From Bacilli bacterium (lineage in GTDB: Bacteria > Bacillota_I > Bacilli_A > RFN20 > CAG-826), in contig JAZRYE010000032.1 of the NCBI GenBank assembly GCA_045600585.1, positions 12,351-76,350 of the forward strand: DNA of 64,000 nucleotides, in the 5' to 3' direction. The position numbers and the translations under genes were made by a program. The notes below the pieces were generated by a model. That model was not told the DNA's origin. It saw only the letters and a program-made list of their open reading frames with translations, and did not search any database. Below are positions 29,347-39,331 of the stretch, one piece after another (the first letter of the stretch is position 1; each line of letters starts with the position of its first letter).

Positions 29347-30006
29347 ATGGCCTACGCGATTATTTTACTTTCTGGAAGTTCAACAAGATTTAAAGGAGAA
29401 GAACCAAAACAATTTACCAAAATTAATGGTAAGCCGCTTTTTATGTATTCTCTTGAAACTTTTTTGTCACATCCAGAAATTGAAAGAATTGTTCTTGTCA
29501 CATTAAAAGACTATGTCGATTATGTTAAAGAAATAATTCCAAGCAATAAACCGATAGATGTGATTTCCGGAGGTAATTCAAGAAGAGAATCATCTTATTT
29601 AGGAATCAAGCATCTTTGTAATGTAGAAGGTAATAGCAAAGTGTTAATACATGATGCAGCAAGACCTTTAATTACATTAAGAATGATTGATGATTTATTA
29701 AAATCATTGGATGAATCAAATAATTCAACAATTGCTTCCGAAATGAATAACACATTGATAGATGTCAATGGTAACTATTTAAATAGAAGTAAGATTAGAA
29801 CCATAGAAACTCCTCAAGGATTTATTTATAGTCCACTACTTAAAGCACATGAGACAGTCACTAAAGAAGTTACAGATGACACGATGTTGCTTAACGAAAT
29901 TGGTTATCCAACAAAACTAGTTTTATCAAATTCAGTTAACTTAAAAGTAACCAACAAAGAAGACATTCTTATCGCCAAAGCTATATTGGAAGGGAGAAAA
30001 GGATGA
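29347..30006 (+). CDS. ispD: 2-C-methyl-D-erythritol 4-phosphate cytidylyltransferase (IspD/TarI family)
   Basis: AIILLSGSSTRF...PKQF nucleotide-binding motif. ispF is also present in the window, which supports the MEP pathway. Start set at MAYAIILL. Confidence 0.75.
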   Translation: MAYAIILLSGSSTRFKGEEPKQFTKINGKPLFMYSLETFLSHPEIERIVLVTLKDYVDYVKEIIPSNKPIDVISGGNSRRESSYLGIKHLCNVEGNSKVLIHDAARPLITLRMIDDLLKSLDESNNSTIASEMNNTLIDVNGNYLNRSKIRTIETPQGFIYSPLLKAHETVTKEVTDDTMLLNEIGYPTKLVLSNSVNLKVTNKEDILIAKAILEGRKG

Positions 30007-30380
30007 AATACGAAGTTGGGCAGTTAATTACTGGCACTGTATACGCAGTCAAACCTTATGCCTTATTCCTCAGTTTTTCTGACGGGGCAACAGGGTTATT
30101 ACATATTTCCGAAATATCCGATTCGTTTATTAGAGATATCGAAAGATATGGAACTGTTGGAGATAAAATAAAAGTTAAGATTGTCTCTATTGATAAGACA
30201 AATGGATTTCTAAGATTATCATTAAAGAAAGTTCCACAAGAAGAGGCTTATAGCACTCACGAAAATTCAAATAGAAGCAAGGTAAATGTAACAAAAGATG
30301 ATTTTAAACCGCTCGAAGAAAAACTTCATGGTTGGATAGATGAAACTTTAATTAAAGCAAAAGGAGAAAAAAATGATTAA
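30003..30380 (+). CDS. S1 RNA-binding domain protein (YabR-like)
   Basis: S1 fold GQLITGTVYAVKPYALFLSF...LLHISEIS. Overlaps both neighbours by 4-8 nt. Confidence 0.8.
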   Translation: MKYEVGQLITGTVYAVKPYALFLSFSDGATGLLHISEISDSFIRDIERYGTVGDKIKVKIVSIDKTNGFLRLSLKKVPQEEAYSTHENSNRSKVNVTKDDFKPLEEKLHGWIDETLIKAKGEKND

Positions 30381-31653
30381 GTTAGTTTTAAATAAAGAAA
30401 TGAATCAAGATATCCTTAATGGATATAAAGATTCTGTTAAGAAAATCAATCAAATGATTGATGACAAGTCAGGAGCAGGAAATGATTTCTTAGGTTGGGT
30501 TGATTGGCCTGTTTGTTATGACAAAGAAGAAATGGCAAGAATGAAAGAAGATGCTAAATATGTTAGAGAAAATTTTGATATTCTCGTCGTATGTGGCGTC
30601 GGTGGCTCTTATTTAGGTGCAAGAGCAGCATTAGAAGCACTAAATGGAGTCAAGAGTAATGACAAGCTTGAAGTCATTTTTATGGGCCAAACATTCTCAC
30701 CTAACTATGTTGCTCAAGTCATGAATTATTTAAAAGGAAAGAACTTCGCAGTCAACGTTATTTCTAAATCAGGAACAACAACAGAAACTTCTATCTCTTT
30801 CCGTTTATTAAAAGAATTACTAGAATCACAAATCGGCAAAGAAAAAGCAAAGAAAGCAATCTATGCAACAACAGATAAGGCAAGAGGTGCTTTAAAAACT
30901 TTATGCAATAAAGAAGGCTATGCAACTTATGTCTTGCCTGATGATATCGGTGGCCGTTATAGCGTTCTTACTGCAGTCGGTTTATTCCCACTTGCATGTG
31001 CAGGTATCGATGTTGAAGCAATGCTTGAAGGCGCAAAAGAAGCAAGAGCAGCTTATGATAATGCTGATTTAGATAATAATCAATGCTATCAATATGCTGT
31101 AACAAGAGATTATATGTATAGACATGGCAAACCAGTTGAAATGTATGTCACATATGAGCCTCAAATGAGTCAAATTTCTGAATGGATTAAACAATTACAT
31201 GGTGAATCAGAAGGTAAAGAAAAGAAGGGTTTATTCCCAGCTTCCGCAACATTCTCAACAGATTTACATAGTTTAGGTCAATTCGTTCAAGATGGCACAC
31301 CATTATTGTTTGAAACAATTATTAATGTTGTTAACCCAAATCAAGATATCGTTATTCCACATGACGAAGATGATCTTGATGGTTTAAATTACTTAGAAGG
31401 TAAAGACTTAGCTTTTGTCAACCAAAAAGCATTTGAAGGAACATTAAAAGCTCACGAAGAAAATGGCGGAGTTCCATGTAATATCATTTATATAAATAAA
31501 TTAGATGCAAAAACATTGGGTCATTTATTCTATTTCTTCATGAGAGCATGCGCTATGGCAGCATATATGTTAGACATCAATCCATTTAATCAACCAGGCG
31601 TTGAAATCTATAAAAAGAACATGTTCCATCTCCTCGGTAAAAAAGGATATTAA
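30373..31653 (+). CDS. pgi: glucose-6-phosphate isomerase
   Basis: Firmicutes-type 426-aa PGI with sugar-isomerase domain motifs. Terminator at 31678-31706. Confidence 0.9.
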   Translation: MIKLVLNKEMNQDILNGYKDSVKKINQMIDDKSGAGNDFLGWVDWPVCYDKEEMARMKEDAKYVRENFDILVVCGVGGSYLGARAALEALNGVKSNDKLEVIFMGQTFSPNYVAQVMNYLKGKNFAVNVISKSGTTTETSISFRLLKELLESQIGKEKAKKAIYATTDKARGALKTLCNKEGYATYVLPDDIGGRYSVLTAVGLFPLACAGIDVEAMLEGAKEARAAYDNADLDNNQCYQYAVTRDYMYRHGKPVEMYVTYEPQMSQISEWIKQLHGESEGKEKKGLFPASATFSTDLHSLGQFVQDGTPLLFETIINVVNPNQDIVIPHDEDDLDGLNYLEGKDLAFVNQKAFEGTLKAHEENGGVPCNIIYINKLDAKTLGHLFYFFMRACAMAAYMLDINPFNQPGVEIYKKNMFHLLGKKGY

Positions 31654-31760
31654 TATAAAACATAGTTATTAATGAAAAAGTCGCATGAAAAAAGTGCGAT
31701 TTTTTTATTGACTATATTTATTTATAAGTGATATATTTATTAGGCGCATATTGATAAATC

Positions 31761-31836
31761 GGATGCTTAGCTCAGCTGGGAGAGCATCACCCTTACAAGG
31801 TGGGGGTCGTGGGTTCGAGCCCCTCAGCATCCACCA
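31761..31836 (+). tRNA. tRNA-Val (UAC)
   Basis: GGATGCT...AGCATCC-A-CCA. Anticodon loop CTTACAA. Confidence 0.85.
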
Positions 31837-31863
31837 TTCTTATGCGAAACTTACCCTTATAAT

Positions 31864-31949
31864 GGGAGGGTAGCGAAGAGGCTAAACGCGGCAGACTGTA
31901 AATCTGCTACCTACTGGTTTCGGCAGTTCGAATCTGCCCCCTCCCACCA
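31864..31949 (+). tRNA. tRNA-Tyr (GUA), type II
   Basis: GGGAGGG...CCCTCCC-A-CCA. Anticodon loop CTGTAAA. Long variable arm. Confidence 0.85.
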
Positions 31950-31959
31950 CTAAATTGCT

Positions 31960-32035
31960 TGGGGTGTAGCCAAGCGGTAAGGCAACAGACTTTGACTCTG
32001 TCATCTCACTGGTTCGATTCCAGTCACCCCAGCCA
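31960..32035 (+). tRNA. tRNA-Gln (UUG)
   Basis: TGGGGTG...CACCCCA-G-CCA. Anticodon loop CTTTGAC. Confidence 0.85.
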
Positions 32036-32038
32036 TTT

Positions 32039-32114
32039 CACTCTCTAGCTCAGTCGGTAGAGCACTTGACTTTTAATCAAGGGGTCTGGAGTTCGAATCT
32101 CCAGAGAGTGACCA
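32039..32114 (+). tRNA. tRNA-Lys (UUU)
   Basis: CACTCTC...GAGAGTG-A-CCA. Anticodon loop CTTTTAA. Confidence 0.85.
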
Positions 32115-32120
32115 AAACAT

Positions 32121-32207
32121 GCCCAGGTGGCGGAACAGGTAGACGCACAGGACTTAAAATCCTGCGGTAGCGATACCATACCGGTTCGATTCCGGTCCCG
32201 GGCACCA
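32121..32207 (+). tRNA. tRNA-Leu (UAA), type II
   Basis: GCCCAGG...CCCGGGC-A-CCA. Anticodon loop CTTAAAA. Long variable arm. Confidence 0.85.
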
Positions 32208-32215
32208 TTTGGAAA

Positions 32216-32247
32216 TAAGACCTTCTTCGGAAGGTTTTTATTTTGCA
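32216..32247 (+). terminator. terminator after the tRNA array
   Basis: ACCTTC-TTCG-GAAGGT followed by TTTTTATTTT. Confidence 0.7.
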
Positions 32248-32350
32248 ATTTTACATTGTAAATAATACAATGTAGGCATTATGTAACATTAAGTTTGCAT
32301 AGATGTCACAAATTATTTATATTAAATAAAGATTTAAAAGGGGATAGATT

Positions 32351-33322
32351 ATGAAACACCTTATCGTTACAAATAGTTCCGCTGGAACAAATAAAAATAA
32401 AGAAGCTTTTAATGCTGCAATTAAAGAAGCATTCGATGGATTAGATTACGAAGTATATGAAACAACTGCTCCAAGAAGCCAAGTTGAATTCTTAAAGAAA
32501 TATTTAGAAGAACATAAAGATGAAACAGTTAGAGTCTACGCTTGTGGCGGAGATGGCACTGTCCACGAAACTGCTAATGGATTAGTTGGTTTTGATAATG
32601 CTGAATTAGCTATTTATCCAGTTGGTACTGGAAATGACTTTGTCAAAGCATATGCAGAAACAAAAGATTATGATGAAATTGTCACTGGCAAAGCAGGTGA
32701 AAAGAGATTTAAAAACCTTAAAGGTTTAATCAATGGCGTTGCTCACCCAATTGATGTTAGTAAAATTTCTGGTGGAGAGCTTAAAGAACCTTGGTATTCC
32801 ATTAACGTAATCAACTTTGGTTTTGATGCAATTGTTGGTGCACGTGGTAATTATTATAAAGAACACGGCGTTCCTGCTGATGCAAAAGCAAAAGAACAAG
32901 ATCCATATAAATATGCATTAAATCATGATGCTATGAAACATGGTAGATTCAATGACACAGAAGTTTTTGCTGATGGCGAAAAATTAAATGAAAAGCAAAT
33001 CCTTTTAGGAACAGTATCACAAGGTCAATTCGTTGGTGGATCTTTCTGGGCTGCACCTAAGAGTGATAACACAGATGGTTTAATGGATGTTTGCGTTTTA
33101 AAAACAATGACTTTCTTAGGATTGGGAATGATTATTGGTACATACACAAAAGGCAAACACTTAAATAAAAAGAGAAAGAAAATTGCTTATAGAAGGGTTA
33201 AGGAAGTTAAAATTGTTGCCCCACAAGACATTGATGTTTGTATTGATGGCGAAATGACACGTGGCAAAGAATTCACCATCACATGTGTTCCAGGAGCAAT
33301 TAAGTTAGTTATTCCACAATAA
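32351..33322 (+). CDS. diacylglycerol-kinase-family lipid kinase (YegS/BmrU-like)
   Basis: DAGK catalytic motif YACGGDGTVHE. Confidence 0.75.
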   Translation: MKHLIVTNSSAGTNKNKEAFNAAIKEAFDGLDYEVYETTAPRSQVEFLKKYLEEHKDETVRVYACGGDGTVHETANGLVGFDNAELAIYPVGTGNDFVKAYAETKDYDEIVTGKAGEKRFKNLKGLINGVAHPIDVSKISGGELKEPWYSINVINFGFDAIVGARGNYYKEHGVPADAKAKEQDPYKYALNHDAMKHGRFNDTEVFADGEKLNEKQILLGTVSQGQFVGGSFWAAPKSDNTDGLMDVCVLKTMTFLGLGMIIGTYTKGKHLNKKRKKIAYRRVKEVKIVAPQDIDVCIDGEMTRGKEFTITCVPGAIKLVIPQ

Positions 33323-33324
33323 TT

Positions 33325-34143
33325 ATGTTTATTGAGATATTCGACATTCTTGTCGGTATAGCATTAGCTATTTTTGGTAGTTTATATTTTTGGCCAGTAA
33401 CTCATGGTTATGATTTTTATCGACCAATCGTTTTATTTATTGCCGGATATGTAGCTGCTTTCTTATTTATGTTTTTCTTCTTTGCCTGTGTTGGCTGGTG
33501 TCAAAAAAAGGAAGAACAATATAAAAAAGTAAATAGATTTGCAAGATTCTTTCTAACTAACGGAGTTTGGTTCATTTGTTATCATAGCCATACAATATTA
33601 GAAATCCATGGCAAAGAAAAATTACCAAAAAACGAAAAATTCTTATTTGTTTCAAATCATAAAAGTAATTTTGATCCAATGTTTATGATTTGCCGTATGG
33701 GAATCAAAAATTTAGCACTTATCACAAAAGCTAGTAACTATAAGATTCCTGTTGGAGGTCATTTCTTGCCAAGAATAAGTTATATGGCACTTAATAGAGA
33801 AGACAAACTTCAATGTTTAGAAAAATTCAAAATTGCTTCTGATTTAATTTCTAATGACATTTGTTCTGTTGGGGTTTATCCAGAAGGAAAAAGAAATCCA
33901 GATATCGTATTAGGCGACTTTCATGAAGGATGCTTCAATATTGGTATTCATGCAAAATGCCCTATTGCTGTTATTACAGTAACTGGAACTGAAAATATTC
34001 ATAAAAGATATCCAAGATTTACTAAAGTAATAATTAGAGTTGAGAAGGTATATCGTGAAAGCGATTATGCCGGAATGACAGCACAAGCCTTATCAGATGA
34101 AGTTAGACAAATTATGCTAAATAGATTAGATAAGCAAGCGTAA
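33325..34143 (+). CDS. 1-acyl-sn-glycerol-3-phosphate acyltransferase (PlsC family), membrane-anchored
   Basis: NHKSNFD (HX4D) and YPEGKRN motifs. N-terminal transmembrane helices. Confidence 0.75.
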   Translation: MFIEIFDILVGIALAIFGSLYFWPVTHGYDFYRPIVLFIAGYVAAFLFMFFFFACVGWCQKKEEQYKKVNRFARFFLTNGVWFICYHSHTILEIHGKEKLPKNEKFLFVSNHKSNFDPMFMICRMGIKNLALITKASNYKIPVGGHFLPRISYMALNREDKLQCLEKFKIASDLISNDICSVGVYPEGKRNPDIVLGDFHEGCFNIGIHAKCPIAVITVTGTENIHKRYPRFTKVIIRVEKVYRESDYAGMTAQALSDEVRQIMLNRLDKQA

Positions 34144-34237
34144 TGCTTGCTTTTAAATTATTTCGAAAAGTATCGATTATTAACAATTAATAAATTTCTA
34201 ATTTTTAATTAATATATTTTAGTGATATATTCATTCT

Positions 34238-35092
34238 ATGGAAAATTTTGAAATTACAAAAATTTTAGGACCAGATGCTAAAATCATTTCCAAAATGCAA
34301 GGTGGAATGATGAATCTTTCTTATTTGGTTAAAGCCTTAGATAAAGACTATATTTTATACATATCTACTCCTGAAGCTAACCTAATGGTTAACAGAGAAA
34401 AAGAAAAGAAAGATCAAGAAATCATCTATTCTCTTGGCATCACTAGCAAGAATATTTATTTTGATACAAAAAGAGGCATTAAGATAAACGAATTCATTAA
34501 AGGTGATTCATTAAACAACATTAATGAATACGAGCCTAAAAAGGTCGCAAATCTATTAAAGAAGTTACATGAAAGCAAAATTCTTTCTTCAGAAGACTAT
34601 TTACCATTTAATAGATTATTAAAATATAAGAAAGAAGCTCTTGAAGTAGCTGAATTAGCTGAAGATTATTACAAGTTAGAAAAAGTCTTATTAGCAAATA
34701 AAGAATTCCTAGAAAAGCAAAAGAAAGTTTTGTCGCATAATGATGCTCAAAGAAGTAACGTTGTTAAAGGTGATGGTAACGAATATTACTTAATCGATTT
34801 TGAATTCGTCGGTAATAACGATGAGATATATGACATTGCTTGTTTCGGTAATGGCTTAGTTGAAGAAGGGTACGAAGTTTTAAAAGAATACTTTATCGAA
34901 CCAACAAAAGAAGAAAAACAAAGATATTATTTATGGAGAATTTATCTTTCTCTTCAATGGTATCTAGTCGCGACAAGAAAGCATTATAACGGAGAAGGAA
35001 TAAAGCATGGCTATAATTTTCTAGAAGTCGGTAAGCACTTCTTAGATAATGCATTAACAGCATATAGATATTATCAAGACCTTGAAAAGTAA
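34238..35092 (+). CDS. choline/ethanolamine-kinase-like phosphotransferase (APH family)
   Basis: Catalytic HNDAQRSN (Brenner motif) and IDFEF. Terminator AAGCACTTC-N4-GAAGTGTTT at 35091-35118. Confidence 0.65.
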   Translation: MENFEITKILGPDAKIISKMQGGMMNLSYLVKALDKDYILYISTPEANLMVNREKEKKDQEIIYSLGITSKNIYFDTKRGIKINEFIKGDSLNNINEYEPKKVANLLKKLHESKILSSEDYLPFNRLLKYKKEALEVAELAEDYYKLEKVLLANKEFLEKQKKVLSHNDAQRSNVVKGDGNEYYLIDFEFVGNNDEIYDIACFGNGLVEEGYEVLKEYFIEPTKEEKQRYYLWRIYLSLQWYLVATRKHYNGEGIKHGYNFLEVGKHFLDNALTAYRYYQDLEK

Positions 35093-35187
35093 GCACTTCT
35101 ATTGAAGTGTTTTTCTTTTTTCACAAATATTATCGTTTTATTATTCACTTTTATTATTTTGTGGTAATATTTTTTGCGGTGATAAAT

Positions 35188-35430
35188 ATGGATAGTACAG
35201 AACAATTAATTATTGCAACATTAGATAAAATCAGACACTTCTTACAAAAAGATGGCGGAGATGTCGAATTCCAATCATTCAAAGACGGTATTGTTTCCGT
35301 TAAAATGAGAGGTGCTTGCCAAGACTGCGCTTATGCAGGAGCAGACATTAAAGACTTAGTAGAAGTCATCCTTCAAGAAGAAGTTCCTGGTGTCATCGAA
35401 GTAAGATTAGCAGACGAAGAAGTTAAATAA
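35188..35430 (+). CDS. NifU-like (Nfu) Fe-S cluster scaffold domain protein
   Basis: GGDVEF...MRGACQDCAYA. Start at MDSTEQ rather than the poly-Phe N-extension in the track. Confidence 0.75.
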   Translation: MDSTEQLIIATLDKIRHFLQKDGGDVEFQSFKDGIVSVKMRGACQDCAYAGADIKDLVEVILQEEVPGVIEVRLADEEVK

Positions 35431-35436
35431 TCTTAT

Positions 35437-35512
35437 TGGGGTATAGCCAAGCGGCTAAGGCAGTGGGCTCTGAACTCACCATTCTTTGGTTCGAATCCAA
35501 ATACCCCAGCCA
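35437..35512 (+). tRNA. tRNA-Gln (CUG)
   Basis: TGGGGTA...TACCCCA-G-CCA. Anticodon loop CTCTGAA. A bidirectional terminator AGCACTC-N4-GAGTGCT follows at 35525-35552. Confidence 0.8.
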
Positions 35513-35563
35513 AGACAAACAAAAAGCACTCATAAGAGTGCTATTTTTATTTGATAACATTTA

Positions 35564-36340
35564 TTAAAGAAGAATGTTTTCTTTTCTATTGCAAGCAATA
35601 TAACCGTTTCTGTTATATACATCTTTTCTATTATATTTAATAGGCTTGCCATTAGGTTCAATAAATACTCCACCAGCTTCTTCAACAATAATTTGAGCAG
35701 CAGCAGTATCCCATTCCTTTGTGTTTGGAGATGTACGATAAGTAATTTCAGCTTTACCATCTGCAATTGCACATGGTTTTAAAGATGATCCTAACTTTTC
35801 AATATGTTTGATAACATCCTTGTGCTTTTCCATTAATTCTTTTTCTTTATCCATCAAATGGAAAACACTTGTTAAGCAAGTTAAGTCTTCAAGTTTATCG
35901 TTAACATGCATCATATAAACTTTATCGTCTATACGATGGAATGCTCCATTTCCTTTACTTGCGTAATAAATTTCTCCAGTAGCAGGTACAACAATTACAC
36001 CCACGACTACTTTATGTTTATATGCCAAAGCAATATTTGTTGTAAATTGTCCATCTCTAGCTACAAAGTCTTTTGTTCCATCAACTGGATCAACAATCCA
36101 AACATAATCATTGGAAAGTCTTTCTTCATTATCTTCACTTTCTTCTGTTAAAAAAGCGTATAAAGGAAATTCTTTATGAAGATATTCTCTAATCATCTTA
36201 TCAGCTGTTTTATCAGCTAAAGTAACAGGAGAATCATCTTCTTTAATTTCAACATCAAACGGAGTGTTATAAATCTCCATAATTTTATCTTTTGCGAGTA
36301 AGCCAGCGATAATTGCGGCGTTTAATTCTTTTTCCCACAT
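35564..36340 (-). CDS. suhB: inositol monophosphatase family protein (SuhB-like)
   Basis: WIVDPVDGTKDF metal-binding motif. Confidence 0.8.
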   Translation of the reverse strand: MWEKELNAAIIAGLLAKDKIMEIYNTPFDVEIKEDDSPVTLADKTADKMIREYLHKEFPLYAFLTEESEDNEERLSNDYVWIVDPVDGTKDFVARDGQFTTNIALAYKHKVVVGVIVVPATGEIYYASKGNGAFHRIDDKVYMMHVNDKLEDLTCLTSVFHLMDKEKELMEKHKDVIKHIEKLGSSLKPCAIADGKAEITYRTSPNTKEWDTAAAQIIVEEAGGVFIEPNGKPIKYNRKDVYNRNGYIACNRKENILL

Positions 36341-36342
36341 AA

Positions 36343-37299
36343 CTAATTCTCCTTTCGATAATCTATGATTAATTTATCTAGATCTTTGATAATATCTTGA
36401 ATGAGAGTTTCATTGTATTTAGCTAATGTACAGCCAGCTGCAAAACGATGGCCTCCACCAGAATGTTTAGCCATTAATGGTTGAATGACTGGTCCATTGC
36501 TACGGATTTCAGTTTTAACCCTTCCATCACTTGCTTCAGCAAAGCATGCCCAAATTGGGTATCCTTCAACATTACCTAATAAATTTACCATATTGGCAAT
36601 TTGAAGAGATGAGTAACCGTATTCTACAAAATCTTCATGTCGTAATATGACATATAAAACGCCTTCTGGACTCTTTTGATATTTTGAGTAGAAAAGCGCT
36701 CTGATTTTGAATGTTACTTCATCAGTGACATTAAGAATATTTAATATAGTTTTTGGATTTGCTCCATGACTACATAAATAGCATGCATGACTATATAGCT
36801 TTGAATAATTCTCAGCGTATTGTAAGCGTCCACTATCAGTGAGAAGACCTAAATATAAAGCATTCGCACATTTCTTATTAATTCTAAGTTTTGATTCTTT
36901 AACAAAATCAATAATCATCTCTGAGGTTGAAGAAGATTTATCATCGATAACTTCAGGGCCTTGTTTAAATGTATGTAAATCAATATGGTGATCGATTTTT
37001 GCAAATGCTTTTGCAGAATAAATTCTTTTATCTTCCATTCTTGATAAATCATTGCCATCTAATAAGATTGCTAATGAATTAGCAAAAACATCATCACTTA
37101 TTTCATCCGGTTTTCCAAGTAGGTCGAAAAATTTAGGAAGTCCACTTCCGACAATGTAAATTTTCTTATTTGGATAATTTAATTGAAGAACTTCTTTTAA
37201 GCCAATTTGACTTCCAAAGCAGTCTCCATCTGGATTGAAATGACCATTGATGACTATTGAATCATATTGTTCAATGAGTTTAAGAATGGATTCAAACAT
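36343..37299 (-). CDS. nrnA: DHH-family oligoribonuclease / pAp phosphatase NrnA
   Basis: DHH motif KIDHH, DGD and GGGH. Confidence 0.8.
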   Translation of the reverse strand: MFESILKLIEQYDSIVINGHFNPDGDCFGSQIGLKEVLQLNYPNKKIYIVGSGLPKFFDLLGKPDEISDDVFANSLAILLDGNDLSRMEDKRIYSAKAFAKIDHHIDLHTFKQGPEVIDDKSSSTSEMIIDFVKESKLRINKKCANALYLGLLTDSGRLQYAENYSKLYSHACYLCSHGANPKTILNILNVTDEVTFKIRALFYSKYQKSPEGVLYVILRHEDFVEYGYSSLQIANMVNLLGNVEGYPIWACFAEASDGRVKTEIRSNGPVIQPLMAKHSGGGHRFAAGCTLAKYNETLIQDIIKDLDKLIIDYRKEN

Positions 37300-37301
37300 A
37301 A

Positions 37302-37691
37302 TTAAAGAGTGTCAACGTCAGTAACGTCTGGTTCAATTTCGTCGCCTGATTCAGATTCTTTTGGTTCTTCAAAGGCAGCGTTATATTCCTTATCTTCTTC
37401 CTCTTCTTCTTCGTCATCATCTGCAGCTTCAACATCGCTATAAACGTCTTTCATATCAATGTGAACTTTGTCGAATGTGTGACGTGTTCTTAAATCCCAT
37501 GAGTTTTCACCTAATGTAACAAATCTTCCGTCTAACATTAAGTTTGTGTAGAAACGTGAAACTTTTGAATCAGCTGTTTCTTTGTCAAAGCCTGCTTGTT
37601 CACAGACATAAGCCCACATTTCAGCAAAACTAACTGGGCCTTCTTTTTTGCTTACATATTCGTAAGCGATTTCAATTAATGATTTTGGCAT
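37302..37691 (-). CDS. rpoE: RNA polymerase delta subunit
   Basis: Delta N-domain MPKSLIEIAYEYVS...FYTNLMLDGRFV plus poly-Asp/Glu C-terminus. Confidence 0.85.
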   Translation of the reverse strand: MPKSLIEIAYEYVSKKEGPVSFAEMWAYVCEQAGFDKETADSKVSRFYTNLMLDGRFVTLGENSWDLRTRHTFDKVHIDMKDVYSDVEAADDDEEEEEEDKEYNAAFEEPKESESGDEIEPDVTDVDTL

Positions 37692-37709
37692 AGTATTTTC
37701 CTCCTTGCC

Positions 37710-39329
37710 TTACATATGTACTGGTGCGCTTACACCAATTAGAGTTAATGCATTTTTCATCACTTGTTGAGCAGCTTTACAAAGCGCTAAACGAGATGAA
37801 GAGACCTCTATATTATCTCTATCAATAACACGGCATTCTGTATAGAAAGCGTGTACTAATTCAGCTAAGTCATGGATGTAGTTTGTAATTTTGAAAGGAG
37901 CTCTTTCTTTTGCAGCATCCGCGACAACGCTAGGGAAACTAGCGATATGTTTCAATAATGCTTTTTCACTTTCTTTTTCAAGCTTTGGAGCATTAATATC
38001 AAGTTCAATATCCTTGCCTTGTTCTAAGATAGAACATAATCTAGCATGAGCATATTGAGCATAATAAACTGGGTTATTTGAACTTTGTTCTTTAGCAAGG
38101 TTCATATCGAAGTCAAGGTGAGCACTTTGTGCGCGCATTGCGAAGAAATATCTCATAGCGTCAACACCAACTTCTTCACAAATATCGTGAAGAGTAATTG
38201 CATCGCCTTTTCTCTTACTTGCTTTAAATTCTTGGCCATCTTTAATGAATCTAACCATTTGAATTAATTCAATTTCTAATGCTTCTGGTTTATATCCATG
38301 CATCATAAGGGCAGATTTCATACGATTGATATAGCCGTGATGGTCAGCGCCTAAAACATCAATTAATTGATCGAATCCTCTCGACATCTTATTAACGTGA
38401 TAGCAAATATCTGGCATAAAGTATGTATAATCACCATCACTCTTTTGAATAACTCTATCTTTATCATCTAAGAATGCAGTTGTTTTTAAATACAAAGCAT
38501 TGTCTTGTCTATATGTGTATTCTTTTAAGAATTCGATTTCTTTTTCAATAGCGTCTTGGCCTCTAATCTTCTTTTCAGAAGAGAAGACATCGAAGTGAAC
38601 TCTAAATGTTGTTAAGTGATCGATAATTCTATCGAGTTCAACTCTCATACCTTTTTCTTTGAAGTATTCAAGAACGTTTTCTCTTTCTAAGACTTTATCG
38701 CCTTCTTCTTTTATGATTTGTTCAGCGATTTCTTTAACATCTTCCCCATGATATCCGTCTTCAGGTAATTCAAATGGCATACCTAAAAGTTCTTTATATC
38801 TTTCTCTAACAGATTCACCTAGGTGAGTAATTTGAACACCAGCATCGTTAATGTAATATTCTCTTGTTACATCGTATCCAGCAAATTCTAAGATACGGCA
38901 TAATGAATCACCATAAGCAGCGCCTCTTGCTGTTCCAACGTGAAGTAATCCTGTAGGATTAGCAGAAACGAATTCAACATCGACTTTAAAGTTTTTCTTT
39001 GGAGAAGAACCAAATTTATCTCCATCTTCAATAACTTTCTTAACAATTGATGTTAATGAGTCATTCTTCATGAAGAAATTGATAAAGCCAGGACCAGCAA
39101 TTTCAATTTTTTCAATACCTTCCATATCAATTGTTGAAATTATTGCATTAGCAACATCTCTAGGAGCTTTAGCAAATAAACGGCATAATTTCATTGCAGC
39201 GTTAGTTGCATAGTCACCATGAGTTGTATCTTTACTATGTTCAATGATAATGTCGTTAAGGGCAACTTCATGACCAAGTGCTTTAAAGGCATTTTGTAGT
39301 TTTATTTTTAATGAATCAACAATGTCCAT
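37710..39329 (-). CDS. argS: arginyl-tRNA synthetase
   Basis: Class I HIGH-type motif SANPTGLLHVGTARG. 539 aa. Confidence 0.9.
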   Translation of the reverse strand: MDIVDSLKIKLQNAFKALGHEVALNDIIIEHSKDTTHGDYATNAAMKLCRLFAKAPRDVANAIISTIDMEGIEKIEIAGPGFINFFMKNDSLTSIVKKVIEDGDKFGSSPKKNFKVDVEFVSANPTGLLHVGTARGAAYGDSLCRILEFAGYDVTREYYINDAGVQITHLGESVRERYKELLGMPFELPEDGYHGEDVKEIAEQIIKEEGDKVLERENVLEYFKEKGMRVELDRIIDHLTTFRVHFDVFSSEKKIRGQDAIEKEIEFLKEYTYRQDNALYLKTTAFLDDKDRVIQKSDGDYTYFMPDICYHVNKMSRGFDQLIDVLGADHHGYINRMKSALMMHGYKPEALEIELIQMVRFIKDGQEFKASKRKGDAITLHDICEEVGVDAMRYFFAMRAQSAHLDFDMNLAKEQSSNNPVYYAQYAHARLCSILEQGKDIELDINAPKLEKESEKALLKHIASFPSVVADAAKERAPFKITNYIHDLAELVHAFYTECRVIDRDNIEVSSSRLALCKAAQQVMKNALTLIGVSAPVHM

Positions 39330-39331
39330 AA

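Noticed and set aside
32045-32248. 67-aa minus-strand ORF
   Set aside because: It lies inside the tRNA-Lys/tRNA-Leu genes of the tRNA array.
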